DNA of 61,212 bases from Bdellovibrionales bacterium (lineage in GTDB: Bacteria > Bdellovibrionota_C > UBA2361 > RFPC01): the NCBI GenBank assembly GCA_020434565.1, contig JAGRAO010000001.1, positions 1 to 61,212 of the forward strand, written 5' to 3'. Within the stretch, counting starts at the first letter, position 1. Each line of letters starts with the position of its first letter. This document shows positions 27,842 to 40,290 of this stretch, one piece after another. The translations under genes were made by a program, and so were the position numbers. Under the pieces are notes generated by a model, which had not been told where the DNA came from, made no database searches, and worked only from the letters and a program-made list of their open reading frames with translations.

Positions 27842-28257
27842 CTTTTCGGTGTCCCTAAGGATTTCCTGTTACGTGAGCGTCTCTATTTCAGCGCCCCTCT
27901 CCGTCACTACCTCTGCACGTCACTGACGCCGCTCAATTCGCATCCTCGTCAATCCCTTCGAAGCCGTACATTGACGGGCACCAACCTTTCAACGAGCGAC
28001 GCTCAAACAAGCAAACGCACTCCGCTGAAGTAGCATTCTCAAAAGCCAGGACGGTCTCACCACCGAACTATAAAGATCTTCGCAATGCAGATCTTCCCTG
28101 TCGCAGATTTCTGCGAGAAGAATAAGGAGCCTTGCAAACTGAGCTAATGTCCTGTGAACACAGCGGTTGTATCAGAGCTTTCTAGCTAAAACTCGAACCC
28201 AGGTCAAACTTCTCGAGAGCCAAAATCCCCGTCAATTCTCCCGTGACTCTTTCTCCC

Positions 28258-28548
28258 TCAGTCGTCCATGCCCTCCTTAAGGGTTGCCCTCACACGGGGG
28301 AAGAGCATAAAGCCCAAAGCTACTGAAAACCCAACCAAAAACGCCAAGAGGCTCTCAAACCCCAGGAGCGAACTGCAATAAACAAGGAGTGCAAGAATTG
28401 GGAGCTTAAGGAGAAACACAATTGCCGTAACCAAGCGCGAGGTTTCATCTAATAAGACGGCCTTCACCACGAGTGAGTGCGCCTTGTTTGAGAAGGAAGC
28501 AGCCAATACACCGAGGCAAAATCCAATCCCAATTGAGTAAAGTTCCAT
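28258..28548 (-). CDS. Small 3-TM membrane protein, possible AtpI/AtpZ-like ATP synthase accessory protein
   Basis: 96 aa and hydrophobic, on the same strand upstream of atpB. The call rests on position and composition only. Confidence 0.35.
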   Translation of the reverse strand: MELYSIGIGFCLGVLAASFSNKAHSLVVKAVLLDETSRLVTAIVFLLKLPILALLVYCSSLLGFESLLAFLVGFSVALGFMLFPRVRATLKEGMDD

Positions 28549-28785
28549 TGTTTCAAGTGTAATCGAGGAGAGGCACGATTAAAATGGCCTTGAAAGCGGC
28601 AAAACCCATCTCGCTCAACGAGCTTGTAAAGGAAATTCTTGTCATACAGCTACGTTTTTTCTCGATCAGCGTTTTTTGTCTCGGGCAACAACAGTGTGTT
28701 GAACCACATGAAGTCCCTTTCTCCGTTTACAAAGATAAAGCTGTGGTTTTCGAGTGCAGAGAGAGTCTTTTCGAGCGTTGCTTTC

Positions 28786-28975
28786 GATTACGAAATTAAA
28801 CTTATTTTAGTTCACTTATAGTAACGAATATTTTTTTACCGAAAGCATCTGCATTTCTGTCCAATTATGGTTTGGTGCATTTTTTTTTTCAAAAATCGCT
28901 TGTAAATTTTTCGAACCAACATATAAATTCTCTCTCCGTTGCCGATGAAGATTTTTTTTCTTCGTAAGCTTTTCG
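28786..28975. promoter_or_regulatory. AT-rich tract upstream of dnaA (dnaA promoter region, possible origin-associated unwinding or box cluster)
   Basis: Runs such as TTAAACTTATTTTAG, ATATTTTTTTAC, CATTTTTTTTTTCAAAAAT and ATATAAATT. This stretch is far more AT-rich than the flanks. Confidence 0.4.
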
Positions 28976-29095
28976 TAAGAGCATCGTTTTTACAACGCAG
29001 TCACTTTTCGGCTTTGTAGCACGAGAAGGCTTGTATCGGTGTTCTGAAGATTCGTAGTCGGCATTCCCCGAACCTACAACGTAAGCTGTCGTTCT

Positions 29096-30559
29096 ATGCA
29101 AGACTCGAGATCAGGGCAGGAGAGGTCAGAGCATGATAATGCTGAGCAGGTTGGAGTCCTTGCCGGTGTGACCCAAGAGGAGCAAGAGCTCTGGGAGAAT
29201 GGGAAGAAGGAGTTGGAACATCAACTCGACCCACACATTTACAAAGCATACATAGAGCCTCTCGAAGTATCGGGTGTGAATAGAGCGGCACGTGAGATTC
29301 ATATCATTGCTCCCTCAAAGCTTGTTTGTAATCACGTCGACTCTAACTTTCGAAGAAAGCTCGAAGACGTGCTCCAAGAGAAAGGGAGTTCTACGAATTT
29401 TTCAATTAAACTTACCGTTGATGAGAAGACGGCTTCTCAGCCAAACAATGCGACCGGATCATCTCGAGACGGCTCATATATCGTCGTAAAGAAGGTAAAA
29501 ACAACGGTTCAAGGCCGAAATGCCGAAAGTGGTGATGGTCGGACTCACCTCAATCCAAAGTACACATTCTCGAGTTACGTTGTCGGAAATAACAATCAGT
29601 TTTGCCATGCCGCCTGCACTCATGTGGCCGAAGACCCTGGTGCTGCATACAATCCTCTCTTTATTTACGGCGGGGTTGGGCTTGGAAAAACGCATCTTCT
29701 CCACGCAATCGGCAACTATGTCTTGGCTCGTAACCCTAAGGCGAGAGTGCTCTACATGTCTTCCGAGACTTTTACGAACGAACTGATACTCGCCCTCCGT
29801 TTTGCGAAGATGGATGAGTTTAAGCGTCGACTGAGAAACATTGAAGTGCTTCTTATTGATGACATTCAGTTCATGTGCGGCAAGGAGAGAACTCAAGAGG
29901 AGTTTTTTCATACCTTTAATGCGCTCTACAGCGCGAAGCACCAGATTGTCATTACCTCTGATAAGCTCCCGCAAGAGATTCCTGGAATTGAAGAGCGACT
30001 CCAAACGCGGTTCTCTTGGGGATTGACTGCGGACATTCAAGCACCTGACTTTGAGACAAGAGTTGCTATTTTAAAAAGAAAGGCTGCTCTGGAGTCTTTT
30101 GTGGTTGGCGAAGATGTCGCGCACTATGTAGCCGAAAAAATTTCCTCAAATGTTCGAGAACTCGAAGGCGCTCTTACAAGATTGCACGCGCTCAGTAGCA
30201 TTCAAAAGGTTCCTATAAACCTCGCTCTTGCTGAAAGTGCTTTACAACCCCTTCTGAAACAGAAAAAAGTTCACGTAACTGTTGACGACATTCAACGTGT
30301 AGTAGCGGATCATTTCAGCATTCGCGTCTCTGAAATGATCTCAAAGAGACGAACAAAAAATCTTTCTTTCCCCCGGCACATCGCCATGTATCTGTGTAGA
30401 AAGCATACCACGTGCTCTTACCCAGAAATTGGAAGTAAGTTCGGAGGAAGAGACCATTCAAGCGTTATTCACGCAGCGAATGTGGTGTCTGGAAAGATTC
30501 AAGACTCTTCAGATGTGAGCAATCACATTCAAGAGATAGAGCATAAGCTCTTCGCTTAA
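29096..30559 (+). CDS. dnaA: Chromosomal replication initiator protein DnaA
   Basis: The Walker A motif GGVGLGKTHLLHA is present, with LLIDDIQF, the sensor region and the C-terminal DNA-binding helix SFPRHIAMYLCRKHT...IGSKFGGRDHSSVIHA. An alternative GTG start at 29168 is possible. Confidence 0.95.
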   Translation: MQDSRSGQERSEHDNAEQVGVLAGVTQEEQELWENGKKELEHQLDPHIYKAYIEPLEVSGVNRAAREIHIIAPSKLVCNHVDSNFRRKLEDVLQEKGSSTNFSIKLTVDEKTASQPNNATGSSRDGSYIVVKKVKTTVQGRNAESGDGRTHLNPKYTFSSYVVGNNNQFCHAACTHVAEDPGAAYNPLFIYGGVGLGKTHLLHAIGNYVLARNPKARVLYMSSETFTNELILALRFAKMDEFKRRLRNIEVLLIDDIQFMCGKERTQEEFFHTFNALYSAKHQIVITSDKLPQEIPGIEERLQTRFSWGLTADIQAPDFETRVAILKRKAALESFVVGEDVAHYVAEKISSNVRELEGALTRLHALSSIQKVPINLALAESALQPLLKQKKVHVTVDDIQRVVADHFSIRVSEMISKRRTKNLSFPRHIAMYLCRKHTTCSYPEIGSKFGGRDHSSVIHAANVVSGKIQDSSDVSNHIQEIEHKLFA

Positions 30560-30576
30560 TTAGAGCGGCACAAGTA

Positions 30577-30626
30577 AGACTCTCGTGTAACCCCGAACTA
30601 GGGGCTTGTGAGTCTAGGGTTTTTTG
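30577..30626 (+). terminator. Compound hairpin plus T-run downstream of dnaA
   Basis: AGACTC pairs with GAGTCT, enclosing CCCC-gaacta-GGGG. The hairpin is followed by AGGGTTTTTT. Confidence 0.6.
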
Positions 30627-31366
30627 ACGCTCGACTTTTCTCCTAAGCACGGTTTTCAGAACAGAGAAGCGAAATATTCGTTCGCTCGCGGGCTCAGTGC
30701 TTACCTCAACAGGGTATTCGTTCACGGAGCACCGCCGAGATTTTTGTGGACAACCCCGCTAACGTTTATTTATTACACTGTTTTTTCCGGTAAAACCTGT
30801 GGGTTTCTCTGTAGTACTTGGGGGTATCGTTCACCAAAAGGATCGTTTGCTTCATCCGAAAAAATGAACGGGAGAAATCACTCCCCTTTCCAACGGGTTT
30901 TCATCAGCTTTTCGCGGCGAGATCACAAACACTTTTCAGGATGTGGCCCACTTTCCAACAGATCTCACCCGTCCCTACTACTACAACTACTAAATCTCTC
31001 TTTAATAATAGTTACAAACCAAACCTCTTCGCTTTGATCTTATCTGTCTTTCACTCTCCACATTGAGCGAAGGAAAGAATGCTCTCTGTTTCGTGCAAAT
31101 GCCGCCTTATTTATCCCAGGAGGAAGTCCCCTTTGACTCTCCGAGGATTTCTAAGATTCAGTTCAATTACCGGCTCTTTTCGAATTGTTTTTAAATAATT
31201 TAATGTATAGTCACAGGTGCTGATGTACTCAGTGGGTTCGTAAACGTTCGTTTCATAAACGTTGTCTCTTTGCTTTTCTCGATTTCGAGGGCGAAGATGA
31301 GTTGCTCGCTCTCATACCTGTCATTGGGCAGTGATGGAGACCGCAACTTCAGCGAAAGGATTGCTG
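30627..31366. other. Candidate oriC in the long dnaA-dnaN spacer
   Basis: About 800 bp lie between the dnaA stop and the probable dnaN start. TGTGGACAA (30745-30753) has one mismatch to the DnaA box. CTCTCCACA (31054-31062) has two mismatches. An AT-rich run GAATTGTTTTTAAATAATTTAATGTATAG lies at 31182-31210. Confidence 0.5.
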
Positions 31367-32494
31367 ATGAATATTGTTGTAACTAAAGAAAATCTCGCGA
31401 AAGCCCTCTCCCTTACCCAAAGTGTGGTTGAACGAAAAACGACCATGCCTATCCTTGCAAACATTCTTTTAACCGTTCGTGAGAAAGGGTTGCAGCTTGC
31501 TGCCACAGACCTTGAAATTACTGCTCTCACATCAATTGACGCTCGTGTCCAGTCTACAGGAAGCACCACTGTCAATGCTCGAGTCTTTTCCGATATCGTT
31601 CGTGAGCTACCCGATGGAGAGGTTTCGCTTTCCCTAAGCGAGGGAGAGAGGCTAGAGATACTCGCTGGAAAATCTAAGTTTCGCATGATTGGAGTAAGTG
31701 CGGATGAATTTCCGAGTCTTCCCGGGATTACTATCGAAGTTTCCCATCGTGTTCCAGGAAAGCAGTTTCTTGAGATGATTCAGAAGACGTTGTACGCCGT
31801 CTCGCACGATGAAACACGGTTCAACCTGAACGGAGTTTGCTTTGAAGCATTGAGCGAAGGCAAGGGCAAGTCAACGAAGAAGATGGTTCGTATGGTAGCA
31901 ACAGATGGTCATCGACTCTCGATGATTACTCGCCCGTTTGGGGAGCTTTCTTTCGACGGAAGAGCCATCGTTCCCGCAAAGGGATTAAGTGAACTTCGAA
32001 AGCTCCTCGATGATGACGATTCAGAGGTCGGAGTGGCCCTTTCAGATGGATTTTTTGTGATTGAGAGTGCTCGGGGCAAGATTGCAACCCGCCTCATAGA
32101 TGGAGAGTTTCCAGACTATAATCAGGTGCTGCCGAAAAAAGCTGGAGAAATAGTGAGTGTGCCTTCAGGAGATTTTGCTCAAGCGCTGAGGAGAGCGGCT
32201 CTGATGGTGACTGACAAAGGCAAGTGCGTGAAGCTTGATTTCGGGAAAGACCGCTTGCGAATTTCAAGTTCCTCTCCTGAGCTCGGAGAATCAAGCGAAG
32301 AGTTGGCAGTTGGATTTAAAGGGGATCAGACGACGGTTGGTTTTAATGCTCGCTATCTCCTTGAGTTCTGCTCAAGTATAGAAGAAGAACAACCGCTTCT
32401 GCTTGAGTTGTCCGGTGAGCTTGGGCCTGCTCGGTTAAAAGTCGAGGGAGATGATTCATATTTCGGCGTAGTTATGCCAATGCGGCTTAACTAG
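31367..32494 (+). CDS. dnaN: DNA polymerase III beta sliding clamp
   Basis: MNIVVTKENLAKALSLTQSVVERKTTMPILANILL, ATDGHRL and GEFPDY are present. The start is set at ATG 31367, with AAAGGA 7 nt upstream. Confidence 0.95.
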   Translation: MNIVVTKENLAKALSLTQSVVERKTTMPILANILLTVREKGLQLAATDLEITALTSIDARVQSTGSTTVNARVFSDIVRELPDGEVSLSLSEGERLEILAGKSKFRMIGVSADEFPSLPGITIEVSHRVPGKQFLEMIQKTLYAVSHDETRFNLNGVCFEALSEGKGKSTKKMVRMVATDGHRLSMITRPFGELSFDGRAIVPAKGLSELRKLLDDDDSEVGVALSDGFFVIESARGKIATRLIDGEFPDYNQVLPKKAGEIVSVPSGDFAQALRRAALMVTDKGKCVKLDFGKDRLRISSSSPELGESSEELAVGFKGDQTTVGFNARYLLEFCSSIEEEQPLLLELSGELGPARLKVEGDDSYFGVVMPMRLN

Positions 32495-32752
32495 TATCCC
32501 GACCAATAGGCTTCCTCAATCTAGATTTTTAAGGAGAATTTTTAGGAATTACGAGCGCCGACCGAAGGAAGGCAAGACGACAAGGCACCTCGACTCGAGG
32601 AAAATCGGCTAACCTTCGGGTTTTTGCTGTGTAGAAATCTCTTCGTCTAGGTTCCTGTTGAAGCACTAGCCCGTTTTGCCAAATTCTTTTTTCTTAATGA
32701 AATGGTGGATCCTTTTTGAAGGACTTGTGCCAAAGCATCATGAAACTCTTGT

Positions 32753-33871
32753 ATGCATCTTTCTTCGCTTTCCCCCTATTGTTTTCGAAATCTCAGCCCC
32801 GGTTCGATAACGTTTAGTCCGGGGCTGAACTTTATTTTTGGAAAAAATGGCCAGGGCAAAAGCAACATTCTCGAAGCGGTCTCTCTTTTAAGTACAACCA
32901 CTTCATTTCGGACGAAGCGCTCCTCAGACCTTACCACGTGGGGGAAGGACGAATGTTCAGTAGCTGGGATAGTGTCTCAAGACGGGACTATCTTTGAGCT
33001 TCTTGTGACCCTTCAGCACGGGAGAAGATCGGCTTTTGTAAACGGTGACCGACTTAAACGTCTCTCGGATTTCGTTGGCAAGTTACCTGCTGTGACCTTT
33101 TCGCCAAATGATCTCGAACTCATTAAAGGGGGTCCCGGGGAGAGGCGCGCCTTTCTCGATCGATACTGCAGTTTTCTCTATCCTCAATATTTTGAATCTC
33201 TTTCACGTCTTCACCAGATAACGAGGAGCAAAGCAGCCCTTCTCAAAGAGAATCCAAGCTCGTTGAGCGCCTTGCAAAGCTGGAACGAGCTTTTCGCGGA
33301 GGAGGCTTTCACGGTTGCCTCATTTCGACGCCTCTTCATATCCGACCTTGAGCCCGGGGCTCAGATCGTCCACAGACGATATGCGAGCAATGATGGTTCT
33401 TTAGAGCTGCGACTTGTTTCGCAACTTTTACATGAGTCGGGAGCGGTGAAATCGAGGCAAGAAATTCTGAATGATTTATCGGCGGTACACCAGCGAGAGC
33501 GGGCAGCTGCAAAGGTTCTCTACGGACCGCAACGCGATGATATCGAGATATTTCTTAATGAGAAAAGCTCTCGAAGCTTTGCTTCTCAGGGGCAAAGCAG
33601 AAGCCTTGTACTCTCTCTCCTCATGAGCGTTCTTGAGCTCCTTCGGGCTAAAAACGGCGACTACCCGATTCTGCTCCTCGACGATGTAGAGTCTGAACTC
33701 GACCATGGTCGTCGAAATGACTTTTTTACCGCCCTCCTCGATCACGGATGCCAGACAATCGTTACCGGTACGGAAAGAGCTGAATTTTCAATATCGAATC
33801 AACTTTTGGACCAAGCAAGCTACTACGTTGTAGAGGCAGGAGAAGTTTGCCAGATTGACTCCAAAAACTAG
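32753..33871 (+). CDS. recF: DNA replication/repair protein RecF
   Basis: FRNL and the Walker A motif GKNGQGKSNILEA are present. The signature region is GQSRSLVLSL and the Walker B motif is ILLLDDVESELD. Confidence 0.9.
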   Translation: MHLSSLSPYCFRNLSPGSITFSPGLNFIFGKNGQGKSNILEAVSLLSTTTSFRTKRSSDLTTWGKDECSVAGIVSQDGTIFELLVTLQHGRRSAFVNGDRLKRLSDFVGKLPAVTFSPNDLELIKGGPGERRAFLDRYCSFLYPQYFESLSRLHQITRSKAALLKENPSSLSALQSWNELFAEEAFTVASFRRLFISDLEPGAQIVHRRYASNDGSLELRLVSQLLHESGAVKSRQEILNDLSAVHQRERAAAKVLYGPQRDDIEIFLNEKSSRSFASQGQSRSLVLSLLMSVLELLRAKNGDYPILLLDDVESELDHGRRNDFFTALLDHGCQTIVTGTERAEFSISNQLLDQASYYVVEAGEVCQIDSKN

Positions 33872-33938
33872 GCGATATGCAGGGGATAAGAGCGCTTTTT
33901 GTTCCCAGCGAACAAACAAGTAAAACTCTACCAAGAAC

Positions 33939-36733
<2,795 letters not shown>

Positions 36734-36902
36734 CCACTCGGGATCGGGTATCACGCTTTGGCCTCGTAGAAGGTCAATTCCTCTCGAGCGAACAGTTGGT
36801 GTCGTGCTCAGTTGCCTAAGCAGCTGAATATTCAATAATTCTGCTTGAGTTGATCTTATCCCGGGGAGACTGTATTCTCCCGCCTCTTAATTGGTGAACG
36901 AT

Positions 36903-37034
36903 ATGGCATCCCCTACAAAACAAACTTCAGCTCGACGCAAGAACCGAGATAGTCGGCTCGCAAAGCGGAAGCAGAACAAAACGAGAGCTCGTGAGCGGAA
37001 ACTGCTGAAAGAAGGCGCTCTCATTTTCCCGTAG
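36903..37034 (+). CDS. Possible 43-aa highly basic small protein (not in ORF track)
   Basis: Hand translation gives MASPTKQTSARRKNRDSRLAKRKQNKTRARERKLLKEGALIFP*. GGTGA lies 6 nt upstream of the ATG. About 40 percent of residues are Arg/Lys. Confidence 0.25.
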   Translation: MASPTKQTSARRKNRDSRLAKRKQNKTRARERKLLKEGALIFP

Positions 37035-37390
37035 CGCTTTTAGCCCTTCTATCTGCTTGCTGAGTACGGAGTTCTTTTTGCGTCTCCTCTCGATTTCATT
37101 AAAAATAAAATAGAAAACGTTTGTATTTTCGGTCTCATATGCAGTAAATGGGAGTGCTCGGAATCACTCTTCCTACTTCGCTTTTCTTGGGATGTGTCAC
37201 GTCCTGAGGCTTGAACACCATAATATTTAGAAATTACAGCGAAATTTGATTGGTTTTTCGCTGTTCGTAGGCTCGAAAGCAGCAGGTCTAAAATTTGCTG
37301 GTGTCGTTGGTGGGAATCAAATTGGTTCGGAGTGTGCTCTGGACCGGTCGTTCAGAGGCGTTGACCGCTCAGAAACGAATCTAGTGTTGA

Positions 37391-40279
37391 TTGTGGTTCT
37401 TGCACGTGAAGGTTGTTTTTACGAGGAGCGTCGCATGGGCGTGGTTGCTTCTCATCTGCATATTTGTTTCTCTTGTTCATCCTGAAGTGAGCTTCGCCAA
37501 ACGGAAGCGGCTGCCGCCGACGATGACGGTTGAACTCGAGGGAGATCTTGTTTGTGTCTACGATCAGCATCGCGATCGGTACTCGTCAGCCAAGGTCAAG
37601 CGTGTCACCCGTTCTGGAAAATTCCTTTTAGACCTCTCGACTCGCGATCTCTACCGGCAATCAAAGAAGCTTTCAAAAAAATTGAGACGCGATATCTCTC
37701 GCCTCGAAGCGCAGATACAGGTGCTCGATGTTGAGTCTCAAAAGTTCCAAAAGAGATATAAGAGGTATCAAAAGAAGCAGGGACAGCTAGAACTCGCGCA
37801 GCGTGAGTCTCTCGCTTACGAAAGATGCCGAGAACTCGACCAACCACCACTTAATTATTCTTCGTGTTCTATTAGCTCAGCTCACCAAGTAGTTCGCTAT
37901 TTGCCGGGTAAGGAACGCTCCTTTCACGTTCAACCTCTCGGAAACTGTATGGGAGAAACGAAGCTCGAAGTTCCAGAAGGGATATTGCCAGCGGGAGTCT
38001 CCGTTCAAAACGAGGAGATTCTCTTCACAAAGAATTCGTCGGACAGCGAAAGCTTTCCCTATAAATTGTGTACTGAAATTCAAGAAGGATTCCAAAGAGG
38101 GTTTACTCTCTGCAGTGATTCTTCGGTTCTCACACTTCAGAGCTGCTCTCTTTCTGGCGCAGCCCTGAACGTGACGGTGCCGGAGAAGATGACCTTTCCA
38201 CTATCGCTCTCAAAAACGGGAGACTGCGGTGGAAACCTCTCCCTTTCGGTCGTCTCGGAACCCGCAAAGGGCGAGCTTTCGACTACTTCCAATGGTGTGC
38301 TTGAATATACGGTCGGTTTTGCGACTGGGAGCGACTCTTTCGCATATCAAGTTTGTGACTCGGAAGTTGAAGGGTGCAGCGATCCGTATAACGTTAATCT
38401 TAACCTTTCTTCAGACCAAGACTTTATAGGCGACCCTCTTTCGTTAGAACCCTATCGCGAGCACGCGAGCTACGCGGAGAAAAAGTATCTTGTTTCCAAG
38501 CTTGCCGGAAACCTCCTCTCGCTTCTCGATATACAATCAGAAAGGTTGAGCGAGTTTGTAGACGATGTTCTTCTCGATGAGAACGTGTTTTCAAGTGACC
38601 TCCTCCCCGAACTCGAAGTCCTTCGCGACGGAAATTTTCCGGGAGATCATGGATACGAGTTCCGAATCAGCAACGTGACAGACCCGTTTATTGTTGACCA
38701 TCCGGATGTGAGTGACCCAAATAGTCCGCCGTTTAGCTCTTTTATAGAGATGTTTACAGGGGAAAGTTTTGATACTCCCGAAGTACAGCGGGAGGCAGTT
38801 ACTCGATTTCTCTCAACATCGGCGAGATCGAATCATCCTACGAATTCAAATTACCATTGGGGATATCCGCAAGCAGGCGGCTACCTCTTATTCAACGGGC
38901 GTTACCAAAATCCTTTTCATGCGACGATGATGCACCTCTTTCTCGGACACTTTGGAACAGCAACTCACGTACTTAATGGCGCGCAGGAGCATTGGGTTGG
39001 CGATTATCTCTATACGATAAAGCGGGAAGCTCTCGGCAATTTTAAGCGGATGATTCTTGGAACCGCCCCACACGGTTGCGCAAATGGAACGGGAGAAACC
39101 TCTACCAATGGGTTGGCAGGGATTCTCTGTGATGGAGCCTCCAATTTTTGGTTGAATCACCACCTCAATACGGGAACAACGCCAAACGAAAACTTCCCGA
39201 GAGAATTTCTTGAACTGTATATGATGGGTCCATTTGATCCGGTAACAGGGCTCGCGAACTACACCGATGTAAATGACATTCAGGGTGCAACGAGATTTCT
39301 CTCGGGTTTCACTACTTCAGGAGGAAATCCGTTTTATCTCAATTTATTTAAGTATTTCTCTAGTCGGCACTCCACTGAAAAACGAACCTTGTTCAATGAG
39401 CTTGAAGATCTCTATCCGGGGCTTGCGATTGAAAGCCAAAACATGACTCCAGAAGAATTTGTGAATCACTTATTTGAGCATCATCCAGGAATTTCGCGCT
39501 TTATTGCTCGAAAGCTCTTTAGTATGTTGGCATATCCCGAGCCACCCGCCGCTATCGTTGAGGATCTTGCGACGAGCTTTCGAGCTGATGGCTACGACTT
39601 AAAAAAGCTTCTCCGGCGCATTTTGCTTTCTGAAGCGATGTTCTCCCAACAGGCCGCTCAAAAGAATTGTGTCGCAAGCCCTTATCAAGGGCTCCAAAAA
39701 TTGATTAACGGTTTGAATCTCTCTCTCGTCGGGAACTATGAAGGGGGTGGAGGGTATCCGTATAACACTCGCATGTTTCGGCAAAAAGAGCTCTTTGACC
39801 ACCTGACTACCGCTGTCTCCTACGGCGGAGAAAAGATATTAAGCTATCCAAGTGTTTTTGGTTATGATTACTGCGGTGAAGATCCTGGAGAGACGGGAGC
39901 GAGCGAATGGCTCTCAGCAGCGAATATCGTCGGAAGAACCCAGGGATTAGTTCACTTCGCTTATTGGCATGGTGCTCGAGTGTATGAAAGACCGGAAAGC
40001 CCCGCGGCTACTCGATTTCGACAGATCTTAAATTCGATACCGATTGCGCGTGAAAATTTAACTCCACAAAACGTTCTGGATTACTATCTCGATCGATTTT
40101 CAGTGACTCTCACTGAACTCGAATATGAGCGGCTGATTCACTATCTTCAGTACAATTTTAGTGGTGGCGAAGAGGGGACGACGAATATTTGGAACCCAAT
40201 GAGTGACTCGGTCATGGAAGCAAAACTCGCAGGACTCTCTGTGATTTTTGGGAGTCTCCCACAAGCAAACATCTACTAG
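37391..40279 (+). CDS. Secreted DUF1800-family protein with long N-terminal extension (coiled coil plus Ig/cadherin-like segments)
   Basis: Signal-like N-terminus AWAWLLLICIFVSLVHPEVSFA. A Lys/Gln-rich coil follows, then DSFAYQVCD-type Ig-like segments. The C-terminal half carries DUF1800 hallmarks (FWLNHHLN, REFLELYMMG). The start codon is TTG 37391 or GTG 37406. Confidence 0.7.
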   Translation: MWFLHVKVVFTRSVAWAWLLLICIFVSLVHPEVSFAKRKRLPPTMTVELEGDLVCVYDQHRDRYSSAKVKRVTRSGKFLLDLSTRDLYRQSKKLSKKLRRDISRLEAQIQVLDVESQKFQKRYKRYQKKQGQLELAQRESLAYERCRELDQPPLNYSSCSISSAHQVVRYLPGKERSFHVQPLGNCMGETKLEVPEGILPAGVSVQNEEILFTKNSSDSESFPYKLCTEIQEGFQRGFTLCSDSSVLTLQSCSLSGAALNVTVPEKMTFPLSLSKTGDCGGNLSLSVVSEPAKGELSTTSNGVLEYTVGFATGSDSFAYQVCDSEVEGCSDPYNVNLNLSSDQDFIGDPLSLEPYREHASYAEKKYLVSKLAGNLLSLLDIQSERLSEFVDDVLLDENVFSSDLLPELEVLRDGNFPGDHGYEFRISNVTDPFIVDHPDVSDPNSPPFSSFIEMFTGESFDTPEVQREAVTRFLSTSARSNHPTNSNYHWGYPQAGGYLLFNGRYQNPFHATMMHLFLGHFGTATHVLNGAQEHWVGDYLYTIKREALGNFKRMILGTAPHGCANGTGETSTNGLAGILCDGASNFWLNHHLNTGTTPNENFPREFLELYMMGPFDPVTGLANYTDVNDIQGATRFLSGFTTSGGNPFYLNLFKYFSSRHSTEKRTLFNELEDLYPGLAIESQNMTPEEFVNHLFEHHPGISRFIARKLFSMLAYPEPPAAIVEDLATSFRADGYDLKKLLRRILLSEAMFSQQAAQKNCVASPYQGLQKLINGLNLSLVGNYEGGGGYPYNTRMFRQKELFDHLTTAVSYGGEKILSYPSVFGYDYCGEDPGETGASEWLSAANIVGRTQGLVHFAYWHGARVYERPESPAATRFRQILNSIPIARENLTPQNVLDYYLDRFSVTLTELEYERLIHYLQYNFSGGEEGTTNIWNPMSDSVMEAKLAGLSVIFGSLPQANIY

Positions 40280-40290
40280 AGGAGCAGATT

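Noticed and set aside
27842-28257. T-loop-like GGTTCGAG on the minus strand of the atp spacer as a possible tRNA or tmRNA fragment.
   Set aside because: No acceptor stem, anticodon arm or CCA-proximal structure could be built around it.
26764-28548. Idea that the atp genes belong to a Na+-translocating N-ATPase operon (atpDCQRBEFAG).
   Set aside because: No atpD/atpC genes lie upstream, and no atpF/A/G genes lie downstream. The layout fits an ordinary split F0 cluster (atpI-like, atpB, atpE). Only the c-subunit motif hint is retained as a finding.
30624-31066. Two overlapping ORFs (137 and 82 aa) inside the dnaA-dnaN spacer.
   Set aside because: No start context or family features are present, and the composition is odd. 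The region is better explained as non-coding origin DNA. This remains to be tested by conservation.
37243-37323. 9-bp inverted repeat AATTTGATT / AATCAAATT about 60 bp apart upstream of the DUF1800 gene.
   Set aside because: It is short and AT-rich, and a match of this kind is expected by chance in an AT-rich spacer. It is noted only as a possible regulator site.
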